A stretch of DNA of 64,000 nucleotides from Nostoc sp. DedSLP01 (GTDB taxonomy: Bacteria > Cyanobacteriota > Cyanobacteriia > Cyanobacteriales > Nostocaceae), in the NCBI GenBank assembly GCA_034530875.2, contig JAVRCJ020000010.1:160001-224000 (forward strand), given 5' to 3'. A program made the position numbers and the translations under genes. Under the pieces are notes generated by a model. That model was not told the DNA's origin, ran no database searches, and was given only the letters and a program-made list of their open reading frames with translations. Positions 9,401-17,592 of the stretch are shown piece after piece. Position 1 is the stretch's first letter. The number at the start of each line of letters is the position of its first letter.

Positions 9401-11164
9401 TTCTTCGCTGGGATAAAGAACTGTACGTAAGTCTATTTGTAAGTGAGGTTTTAGCAGTTCGCAGCAGTAATCAACTTGTTTTTTAAATACGCTTTCATTT
9501 TCATATAATTCTCGACCCATATTTACATATTGCGAACCTTGCCCGGAAAACATAAACATAACCGAACGATTACAAGGTTCTTGATAATAAGTAAAAGTTC
9601 TTTGCGGGTCTTGTAATGCGTTAATAGCATCTTCTTGGTTTTGACAAACTACCATACGACGGTGCTTGAAAACCCAGCGACCTACTTGTAAAGTATGAGC
9701 AACGTCAGCAAGATTTAAATTTGGATGCTTTTGTAGGTGATTAACCAGATTTTCTGTAGCAGTTTCTAATGCTGTATTCGTCTTAGCTGAAAGTACCAGC
9801 AATTGATACTTTCTCCCCTGCTCCCCTGCTCCCCTGCTCCCCTGCTGCGTTGGAGCTTCTTCTAATATTACATGGGCATTTGTGCCACCAAAACCGAAGG
9901 AACTAACACCCGCGCGGCGAGGAGTGCCGTTTGTTTTCCAATCTGATAATTTATTATTTACATAAAAGGGACTGTTAGCAAAATCAATTTGGGGCGATGG
10001 TTCTTCAAAGTTTAAACTAGGAGGAATTTGTTTATGTTTTAGGGCTAAAACAGTTTTAATCAAACCTGCTACACCGGCAGTTGAATCTAAATGTCCGATA
10101 TTGGTTTTTACAGAACCAATGGCACAAAATCCTTTTTTCTGAGTTTTAGTACGAAAAGCTTGCGTTAATGCAGCGATTTCAACGGGGTCGCCTAAAGAAG
10201 TTCCGGTTCCATGTGCTTCAATATAGCTAATAGTATCGGGTTCGACTTCAGCCATTACTTGGGCTGCTCGAATTACTTTTGCTTGACCATTGACACTGGG
10301 TGCAGTGTAGCTAACTTTATCGGAGCCATCATTATTAATAGCAGAGCCTTTGATAATAGCATGGATGCAATCTCCATCTGCGATCGCTTCTTCTAATCGT
10401 TTTAAAACTACAAGACCTAAACCTCTTCCTTTTACAGTTCCCGCAGCCTTAGCATCAAAAGCACGGCAATGTCCGTCAGGAGATTCAATTCCTCCTTCTT
10501 GATATAAATAACCGTCTGCTGTGGAGATTGAAACTCCTCCTGCTAAAGCAATATCGCACTCACCACTGAGTAAACTTTGGCAAGCTAAATGTACGGCAAC
10601 TAATGAACTCGAACAAGTAGTTTGAACCGCATAACTCGGCCCCTGCAAATTTAATTTATAAGAAACAAGTGTAGTAACGTAATCTGGAGAAGTTCCTTTT
10701 TCTATTTGCTTATCGCCTACAGAAGCAATCAAATCGTAATTAGAATAAATATTCAGTAGATAGCTGCCAAAACTCGTACCAGCATAAACTCCAATAGGTT
10801 TTTTATATATTTGCGAACTATAACCAGCATCCTCAAGTGCTTTCCATGAATACTCTAAGAAAAAGCGCAGCGAAGGATCTAGTATTTCAGCTTCTCTAGG
10901 ACTAAAGTCAAAGAAGGCAGCATCAAACAAATCTATACCTTCGACTCGACCTTCTGCTTTCACATAATTCGGGTCATTTATTAAGGCTTTATCTACACCT
11001 AAATCTTTTAATTCATGGTCGGTAAATCTATGAATTGACTCTACTTCGTTTCGGAGATTTTGCCAAAATTGCTCTATATTTGGAGCTTCTGGAAAACAGC
11101 CACTCATGCCAATAATAGCTATTTCCAGTCCAGTTGTATTATTCAAATATCCTGAATCTTCCAT
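6497..11164 (-). CDS. Type I PKS module KS-AT(malonyl)-KR-ACP
   Basis: VQTTCSSS, HGTGT, GHSIGEY, HTSHAFHS, KR GGLGRIG/NDD/SYSAAN, ACP GGNSL. Confidence 0.95.
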   Translation of the reverse strand: MEDSGYLNNTTGLEIAIIGMSGCFPEAPNIEQFWQNLRNEVESIHRFTDHELKDLGVDKALINDPNYVKAEGRVEGIDLFDAAFFDFSPREAEILDPSLRFFLEYSWKALEDAGYSSQIYKKPIGVYAGTSFGSYLLNIYSNYDLIASVGDKQIEKGTSPDYVTTLVSYKLNLQGPSYAVQTTCSSSLVAVHLACQSLLSGECDIALAGGVSISTADGYLYQEGGIESPDGHCRAFDAKAAGTVKGRGLGLVVLKRLEEAIADGDCIHAIIKGSAINNDGSDKVSYTAPSVNGQAKVIRAAQVMAEVEPDTISYIEAHGTGTSLGDPVEIAALTQAFRTKTQKKGFCAIGSVKTNIGHLDSTAGVAGLIKTVLALKHKQIPPSLNFEEPSPQIDFANSPFYVNNKLSDWKTNGTPRRAGVSSFGFGGTNAHVILEEAPTQQGSRGAGEQGRKYQLLVLSAKTNTALETATENLVNHLQKHPNLNLADVAHTLQVGRWVFKHRRMVVCQNQEDAINALQDPQRTFTYYQEPCNRSVMFMFSGQGSQYVNMGRELYENESVFKKQVDYCCELLKPHLQIDLRTVLYPSEETVTEATQKLQQTSITQPALFVIEYAMTKLWMSWGVRPEAMIGHSIGEYVAATIAGVFTLEDALAIVATRGKLMQELPGGAMLSVQLPEEKIQQFLEKGISLAAINAPASCVVSGSNTGIDKLQEKLQQIGVNCRRLHTSHAFHSEMMSPIIETFIQSLQEVKLNPPKIPFISNVSGTWITATEAIDPKYWAKHLRQPVRFSLGISELLKQSEQVLLEVGPGRTLSSLAKQHQTDVIILTSIQHPQEQQSDVGFLLNTLGRLWLVGIQIDLSSFYANEKRHRLPLPTYPFERQRYWIEVNRNATLAIMSPKKSDKKPDIADWFYVPRWKESTPIELLQEDKLLEEKSSWLIFVDNYGVGVEIAQRLKQQNQDVIFVRVGDKFAKLDDSNYVINPQQRDDYDTLFQALQEQNWINEGRQIAHFWSVTPNDILPSQELNPQTQYQFFEDCQNLGFDSLLFVAQALTKQNIIDPIKLMVVTSNLHDVTGSENLCPEKATILGSCNVIPQEYLNITCCCFDIVIADSKTKPSPTLIDSLLTEFTTPITDNLIAYRGNHRWIKTYEPVRLDESINSKTKLRKGGVYLITGGLGRIGLAMSEYLAKTVQAKLILIGRKGLPERHQWAEWLLTHDESNEVSQKLKKVMMLEELGAEVKAISADVANEQQMQKAIELAKERFGEIHGVIHTAGINDDAYYTIEESSKAQSQAQFSPKVYGLFVLEKVLQGQKLDFCLFTSSSSSVLGGLGLTSYSAANIFMDAYAHKQNQINLFPCISVNWDTWQSQEGDIEDLTVGVALEKLRMTWKEGIDVFSRVLCLTKTPQIVVSAGELQPRIEQWIKRQFLQNNTDTLSLHSRGNLENEYVPASNKVEQIVAKAWQKVLGIEKIGIYDNFFDLGGNSLIGVEVISQLQKELNTHIPIISIYERPTISSLAEFLTSDEEVVLQKDSYRPQVRSASMKRRKEARQNHRRVSQN

Positions 11165-11185
11165 AATTAATCTGGCTGTCTACCG

Positions 11186-13951
11186 TTATACATTCTGTTG
11201 TCTTTTTTGTAAAAAGCGTTGCTTTAATCTGGCTTTTCCAGCTTCTAGCTGTTCGTTTAATTCATTACTTTGATTTTCAAAGCTATCATCTTCTTCTTGG
11301 TTTAAATATCGAGATATAGAACTGATTGTTGGATATTTAAACAGATCAGTTATTGCTAAGTCTGGTTTAAAAAGCTCTCGGAGTTTACTGTAAACCTGAA
11401 GCACATTTAGCGAATGTCCGCCAAGGTCAAAAAAGTTATCTTGAATGCCGACTTTCTCCACCTTGAGAATTTTTTGCCAAATATCGGCAATTGTACGTTC
11501 TATCTCATTCCGCGGCACTACATAAGCTGTTTCTAGTACTGGGCGAAGATTATCTGGTTTTGGTAGAGCTTTCCTATCTACCTTACCGCTAGGTGCTAGA
11601 GGCAGATTTTCTAGCATCACAAAGGCAGAAGGTAACATGTGGTCGGGTAACTTTTCTTTTAAGAAACTACGCAATTCACTAATACTAGGAATTGGTTCTA
11701 TCTTAGAAACTACATAAGCAACAATTAATAAGTTACCTGGTTCATCTTCTTGAACTATGACTACATTTTCACGTACATTCGGGTGCTGATTTAAAAATGT
11801 TTCAATTTCCCCAAGTTCAACCCGGAAACCACGAATTTTTACTTGATGGTCAATGCGTCCAAGGAATTCAAGATTTCCATCAGCTAACCACCTGCCTAAA
11901 TCTCCAGTTTTATAGATTAAATCCTGACGATTTGGTGGTAACTTCTTCCTTTTATCTGGAAATGGGTTAGGAACAAAACTTAAATTAGTTTTTTCTTGAT
12001 TTTTCCAATACCCTGCACCGACACCAATTCCCGATACACAAATTTCTCCCGGAGCGCCAATAGGTAATAGTTGCATTTGCTCATCTAGAACGTAAATATT
12101 CAAGTTGGCTAATGGTTTACCAATTGGTACTGTGCGCTGATTTTCACCAAAAGGCTGGTTAACAATAAATTGAGTAATATCGTCAGCAGCCTCGGTAGGG
12201 CCGTAAGCGTTAACAATTTTGATTTCAGGATATATCTGGAGCCACTTATTTACCCAACTTACCGATACTGGTTCTCCTACAACCATCATCCATTTTAAAT
12301 CGGGTAGTTCTCTTTCATGAGTTTCCAGTTGGGAGGTATATTCAAGTAAGCCACCAAATAATGCTGGTACTAATTCAACAACTGTAATTTTTTCTGATTT
12401 GAGTGCCTTAAATAGTTTATCAGGAATTCCAACAGTTTCTACATCTACTATTACTGTTTTGCCACCAATTAAAAGCGGTGCTAAAAATTGCCAGACGGAA
12501 ATATCTGTCGATGAAGGAGCGCTTTGAAGAAAAGCAAATTCTTCTGTTAACTGCAATTCATCGAATTGGGCATAAATATGATTGATTGCCCCATCATGCC
12601 TGACAATTGCCCCTTTTGGTAATCCTGTAGACCCAGAAGTATAGAGCATATAAGCTGGGTCGGCAGCATTATTAATAGGTTCTATATTATCATTAGGCAG
12701 ATGTTGAAAATCTAATTTATTATATATCTTTAATTGTGGGCGATCGCCATCCAATGTCTGACCGTTAACTAAGCTATCTAAACAAATAATAGATGATAGC
12801 TGCGAACAATCTTCTGCTAAGTCTGATAAAGCATTCAATAACGAAGCATCTGTAAATAAAAACCTCACTTCGCTATTAGCTAGCATATATTTAATTCGGT
12901 TCGGTGGATAAGTACTATCAATAGGTACATAAGCTCCACCTGCCTTATAAATAGCAAGGATAGCTATGAGGAAATTAATATCGCGGTCTTTGAAAATTCC
13001 GACAAACTCACCTTTATTAATTCCTAATTGCCGCAATAATCCAGATAACTGATTAGCTTTTTGATTTAGCTCTTGATAAGTTAATTGAATTTTTTCGTGA
13101 ACTACAGCTATATTGTTTGGAGTTTGAATTACTTGCTTTTCAAATAATTCATTAATTGTCTGCTCAACTGGATAGTCTTTTGTATTGTTGTTATACTCTT
13201 CCAATAATTGGTATTTATCAGAGTCTTTTAAGAAAGCAATATCAGAAATTTTGATATTAACTTTGTTGAGACAGCTTTCTAAAACATTGACATAACATCT
13301 GCTCATTGATTTGATATTCTCATCTTGAAACAGATGTTGTGTATATTCTATATCGACGCTAATACTCTCACCGTTAACAGTAAAAAAAATTGTGATGTCA
13401 TTATTGAGTTTATTTATCTGGGTTCTTTGATGAATATTTTCTAATAAAACTACTATGTCAAAAATTGGGCATCGATTAGGAGTTGTTGGGATTTCTAATA
13501 ATCTAATTAATTCGTTAAAATCATAGTTTTGATGAGTATAAGCAGTTATGGTAGCATCTTTGACTTGTAAAACAAAGTCTTGGAATGAAAGCTCAGGCGT
13601 AACTTGAGTACGCAAAGGAATCACTTTGCTATTTAGGTCATCTATTCCAATTTTTTCATATACTGGTATGCCAAGCATAACATCATTGTTTCGCGTATAT
13701 TTTGGCAGCAATATTTTCAATGCAGATAAAAGGATTAAATAAATTGAAAAGTAAGAGCCTTTCCCAAGTTTAACAATCGCCTGAGATAAATCATTTGATA
13801 AATCAAAGCTCAAAGATTTTTTGGTATCAGTGGGGAATAATGGCCTTACATAGTCCAACATTAAATTTGTTTCTGGTAATTCTCCTGATAATTTGTTTAT
13901 CCAGTAGATTTTTTCAGAAAATGTGTCACGCGACTGTAGATGTATACCCAT
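11186..13951 (-). CDS. NRPS: truncated C - A (predicted 2,4-diaminobutyrate) - PCP
   Basis: YTSGSTGLPKG, YGPTE, YKTGDL, GGHSL. Hand-read code DIWEMVADDK. N-terminal ~250 aa is only the second half of a C domain, with no HHxxxDG. Confidence 0.88.
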   Translation of the reverse strand: MGIHLQSRDTFSEKIYWINKLSGELPETNLMLDYVRPLFPTDTKKSLSFDLSNDLSQAIVKLGKGSYFSIYLILLSALKILLPKYTRNNDVMLGIPVYEKIGIDDLNSKVIPLRTQVTPELSFQDFVLQVKDATITAYTHQNYDFNELIRLLEIPTTPNRCPIFDIVVLLENIHQRTQINKLNNDITIFFTVNGESISVDIEYTQHLFQDENIKSMSRCYVNVLESCLNKVNIKISDIAFLKDSDKYQLLEEYNNNTKDYPVEQTINELFEKQVIQTPNNIAVVHEKIQLTYQELNQKANQLSGLLRQLGINKGEFVGIFKDRDINFLIAILAIYKAGGAYVPIDSTYPPNRIKYMLANSEVRFLFTDASLLNALSDLAEDCSQLSSIICLDSLVNGQTLDGDRPQLKIYNKLDFQHLPNDNIEPINNAADPAYMLYTSGSTGLPKGAIVRHDGAINHIYAQFDELQLTEEFAFLQSAPSSTDISVWQFLAPLLIGGKTVIVDVETVGIPDKLFKALKSEKITVVELVPALFGGLLEYTSQLETHERELPDLKWMMVVGEPVSVSWVNKWLQIYPEIKIVNAYGPTEAADDITQFIVNQPFGENQRTVPIGKPLANLNIYVLDEQMQLLPIGAPGEICVSGIGVGAGYWKNQEKTNLSFVPNPFPDKRKKLPPNRQDLIYKTGDLGRWLADGNLEFLGRIDHQVKIRGFRVELGEIETFLNQHPNVRENVVIVQEDEPGNLLIVAYVVSKIEPIPSISELRSFLKEKLPDHMLPSAFVMLENLPLAPSGKVDRKALPKPDNLRPVLETAYVVPRNEIERTIADIWQKILKVEKVGIQDNFFDLGGHSLNVLQVYSKLRELFKPDLAITDLFKYPTISSISRYLNQEEDDSFENQSNELNEQLEAGKARLKQRFLQKRQQNV

Positions 13952-13999
13952 GATTTCCCCCGATCGTCAAATGCTTGCTAAGTTAGCTAGTATGCGAAT

Positions 14000-15256
14000 C
14001 TACTTTGATATAGAATCATCAAAGGCTGCCTTGATAATTGAACAACCCTTTTCTAAGTTGGGCATATCAATTACTAAAGGTGGCAAAATTTTAATGACAC
14101 TATCATTTCTACCTGCTCTCTCAATGATTAACCCTAGTTCAAAACAACCCGAGATGATACTTTTAGATAAAGTGCGATCGCCAAAATTTTTCACATCAAT
14201 TCCCCAAATCATGCCAATTCCGCGAATTGTAATTTTTTCGCTAATTGATGCTATTTGTTGAGCGAGAAAATCTTTTAAAAATAACTCTTTGGTTTTGACA
14301 TTCTGTTCAAAATCATAACTTTCTCGATACTCCAGAGCCGCTGTTGCAGCAATAAATGCTAATTGATTTCCTCTAAAAGTACCGTTATGTTCGCCCGGTT
14401 CCCAGATATCCAACTCTGGCTTAATTAGTAATAGCGACATGGGAAACCCATATCCACTAATTGATTTAGAGAGTACTACCATATCAGGAACGATACCAGC
14501 TCTTTCAAAAGAAAAGAAAGGCCCAGTTCTACCGCAGCCAACTTGAATATCATCGCAGATTAATAAAATATCATGGTCGTCACATAACTTTCTTAATCTT
14601 TGCATCCAGTCAATGGGAGCTACAATAACTCCACCTTCCGCTTGCACTGTTTCAAAGATTATTGCTGCCGGTTTTTCAACTCCAGAATTAACATCGTTTA
14701 AAACCGATTCTATATATTCTATAGTATCAAAACTCTCCATGAATCCGTAAGGATAAGGCATAAAAGTTACATTACTTGATGTACCAATTGCGCCTGCTCG
14801 AATTCCGACATTACCACTAATTGATAAGCTGCCTAAAGTCATTCCATGATATCCTCCCATAAACGAAAAAATACCTGGTCTTTGTTTGACTTTTCTGGCT
14901 AATTTTAAAGCAGCTTCTACTGCGTTAGTTCCTGTTGGCCCGCAAAATTGAAGGCGATAATCTAATTGTTTTTGACTGAGTACTACCTCATCAAACTTCG
15001 CTAAAAACTTTTCTTTAGCCGAAGTATACATATCCAAACCATGTGCAATTCCATCGGCCTCCAAATAGGAAATAACCTTTTCTTTTATATAGTCATGGTT
15101 ATGTCCATAGTTTAAAGCTCCTGCTCCGGCAAAAAAATCAATATATTCTTTTCCAGATTCAGAATAAATTATAGAACCTTTAGCTCTATGAAAGATGTCT
15201 GGAAAGTTACGGCTATAGCTTCTGACATTCGATTCACGCTTTTCAAAAATATTCAT
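14000..15256 (-). CDS. Diaminobutyrate--2-oxoglutarate transaminase (EctB/PvdH family)
   Basis: ESNVRSYSR, DFFAGAGALNYGHN, GPTGTNAVEAALK, DDIQVGCGRTG, LSKSISG, GEHNGTFRG. Confidence 0.92.
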   Translation of the reverse strand: MNIFEKRESNVRSYSRNFPDIFHRAKGSIIYSESGKEYIDFFAGAGALNYGHNHDYIKEKVISYLEADGIAHGLDMYTSAKEKFLAKFDEVVLSQKQLDYRLQFCGPTGTNAVEAALKLARKVKQRPGIFSFMGGYHGMTLGSLSISGNVGIRAGAIGTSSNVTFMPYPYGFMESFDTIEYIESVLNDVNSGVEKPAAIIFETVQAEGGVIVAPIDWMQRLRKLCDDHDILLICDDIQVGCGRTGPFFSFERAGIVPDMVVLSKSISGYGFPMSLLLIKPELDIWEPGEHNGTFRGNQLAFIAATAALEYRESYDFEQNVKTKELFLKDFLAQQIASISEKITIRGIGMIWGIDVKNFGDRTLSKSIISGCFELGLIIERAGRNDSVIKILPPLVIDMPNLEKGCSIIKAAFDDSISK

Positions 15257-15295
15257 AAAATTGCTGGGGCTTGAATGACAAATCGATTATGTCCT

Positions 15296-16177
15296 CTAAG
15301 AAACATAATTTAGGTAAGATTTATAAAAGTTAAAAATTATTTGCGGAGGGATTTTAAACGCTAAACCGAGAGTTAACAAAAAGTTATAATATAAGTTTTG
15401 AACTGGCATTCCTTTTTTAACCGCTGCTAGAGCAGTGAGTGAGCTTTTGTGAGTATGCCAATCGATATTGAAAGAAATCGACATATCTAGACTGCGCACA
15501 TGATGCAGCGTTCCAGGAGGCATATATAAAATCTCTCCAGGATTGACAATAAATTTAATCGGTCTAGCCTTTTTGTATTCAGGATATTTATTGAAGTCTG
15601 GATTTTCTGGATTTACCAGAAACCATCGCCAGCCTTGGCGATAACAATATTTGGCATCTTCAGGTAGTAAAATTGTAAATTGCTTGCGTCCAACAATTTG
15701 GAAGAAAAGATTGTTCGTCAGAAGACAATCAAAATGTAGCGGTGTAATACTGTTAGAAGAACCTAAGAAAAACTGGCAGTAACGCCACCACTTGTACCAA
15801 TACCATTTTGGCAAATATTCAACAGGAAATGGTTTAACGTCTTCTATTAGTGAAGGAAGTAAGCTAAATAAAGGTAGGTCATGGCAATATGGCGGTAGAG
15901 GATGATTGTCAGAATCTTTTTCATAGTCTTCTATTAATTCTATATATTTTTTCATTGTCAAACGGCATATTTGAATTTCCTTATTACTAAATTTTTTGGC
16001 ATAAATATTTAGAGATGGCGATATTTTTTTGAAGTATTTTAAAGACCAATTCTCAAAACCACTCCAATTGGAAATTACTCCAGAAATGATAACTGGTTTA
16101 CCTAGTTCAACATAATTATTTTTGAACTCCTCACTTGAGAGCTTATATCTTCTTTCTATTGCAGCGGAAACAATCAT
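15296..16177 (-). CDS. JmjC/cupin-8 Fe(II)/2OG hydroxylase
   Basis: TPLHFD...FFQIVGRK...PGEILYMPPGTLHHV gives an HxD...H triad. ATG at 16177 avoids overlap with the upstream gene. Confidence 0.85.
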   Translation of the reverse strand: MIVSAAIERRYKLSSEEFKNNYVELGKPVIISGVISNWSGFENWSLKYFKKISPSLNIYAKKFSNKEIQICRLTMKKYIELIEDYEKDSDNHPLPPYCHDLPLFSLLPSLIEDVKPFPVEYLPKWYWYKWWRYCQFFLGSSNSITPLHFDCLLTNNLFFQIVGRKQFTILLPEDAKYCYRQGWRWFLVNPENPDFNKYPEYKKARPIKFIVNPGEILYMPPGTLHHVRSLDMSISFNIDWHTHKSSLTALAAVKKGMPVQNLYYNFLLTLGLAFKIPPQIIFNFYKSYLNYVS

Positions 16178-16188
16178 GTTTGAATACC

Positions 16189-17592
16189 TTAAAATGTTGC
16201 AGCTAATTCCCAATCAAATGATGCTTCTTGTTCTAAAGCAGTTAATATTTGCTGTTGTTGTGACGTAGAAAATGATAGTTCTTTGATTGGAATATTGGGA
16301 TTATTGATAATTTTTTGTAGTAGTATTTGAAAATCTCTAATTATCCCAGTAATTGTACCAATATCAAATCTAGATGCATCATAAGAAACTGCTACTATAA
16401 GCTCAGTTTCCGGATAGATAACTAAGTTGAAAGGGTAGTTGTTTCTGTAATAAATTCCAGTCGGTTTAAATTCGACATTTCCTTTCCAATTATCTACAAA
16501 TTCACTGAGTGGAAAGTTTTCAATCACAACAATAGTTTCAAACAAAGGTAAATTCCGTGCTACCTCACTCCAACCTTGAATTTGTGTTAGTGGAGTATAT
16601 TCATGATGACGCGTTTCTACTAATTGAATCTGAAATTCTTGCAGCCATGACAAAACCTGTTGGTCAGTATTTATCTTTACATTGATTGGTAAAGTATTTA
16701 TAAATACGCCAACTATTGATTCGACTTCGGCTAAGTCGACTGGTCTTCCTGTAACAGTACATCCATACATTACATTGTTACGACAAGTGTAACGACTCAG
16801 AAGAATAGACCAGATACCATTAATTAATGTGGCAAGGGTAAGATGATTTTGTGTAGCAAAAGATAAGAGTTCTTTTGTATCTGCTTTTGATAGTACGATT
16901 CTCTCTTCATCGTATCTTTCTTTTTGGTTAGGTAATTGGCTATTTTCTAGATAAGTTAAGGGAGTTGGTGCTTTTACTCCTTGTAATACTTGCCGCCAAA
17001 AACTTTCAGTATTAGCTATATTCTGCTGCTGTAACCAGTCGATATAATTCCTAAAAGGAGGTGGTGGTGATAATTTTGCTTGTTTACCTTGACAAATTGC
17101 TTCGTAAATTTGTAAGCATTCTCCTAATATTATTGGTCCAGACCAGCCGTCTATGATTATATGATGATTGCTCCAAATAAATTCGTAGCAATTATCAGCC
17201 AGACGGATTAAAGTTAAACGCATTAAACATGGCTGAGAAAAGTCAAAACATAATTGGCGATCGCTTTCTAAAAATAACTTCAACTTTTCTTGTTGTTTTG
17301 CTTGTTCAATACCACGCCAATCGTATTGATTTATGCTAATTTTAACTTTTTTATAGACAACTTGTAATGGATTATCAATGTCTTCCCAATAAAACCCTGT
17401 ACGCAAAATAGTATGTCTATCCACTACTTGCTGCCATGCTTGTTCAAAAGCTTCTATATTTGGATGACCATGTAAAGTTAAGGTATGGTGAAAGAAATAT
17501 AATGCTGACTCACTAGAGTACAAACAATGAAATAGCATTCCCTTTTGAACTGGTGTAAGTTCATAGATATCTTCTACATTTTCTGGTTTCAT
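16189..17592 (-). CDS. Stand-alone condensation domain (DCL-like, acceptor COM N-terminus)
   Basis: EDIYELTPVQKGMLFH start, intact WSNHHIIIDGWS, no A or PCP domain. Confidence 0.9.
   Translation of the reverse strand: MKPENVEDIYELTPVQKGMLFHCLYSSESALYFFHHTLTLHGHPNIEAFEQAWQQVVDRHTILRTGFYWEDIDNPLQVVYKKVKISINQYDWRGIEQAKQQEKLKLFLESDRQLCFDFSQPCLMRLTLIRLADNCYEFIWSNHHIIIDGWSGPIILGECLQIYEAICQGKQAKLSPPPPFRNYIDWLQQQNIANTESFWRQVLQGVKAPTPLTYLENSQLPNQKERYDEERIVLSKADTKELLSFATQNHLTLATLINGIWSILLSRYTCRNNVMYGCTVTGRPVDLAEVESIVGVFINTLPINVKINTDQQVLSWLQEFQIQLVETRHHEYTPLTQIQGWSEVARNLPLFETIVVIENFPLSEFVDNWKGNVEFKPTGIYYRNNYPFNLVIYPETELIVAVSYDASRFDIGTITGIIRDFQILLQKIINNPNIPIKELSFSTSQQQQILTALEQEASFDWELAATF

Noticed and set aside
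4806..15256. Schizokinen/rhizobactin-type NIS pathway (aminotransferase + decarboxylase)
   Set aside because: No IucA/IucC synthetase, N-hydroxylase or acyltransferase in the window; context is NRPS/PKS
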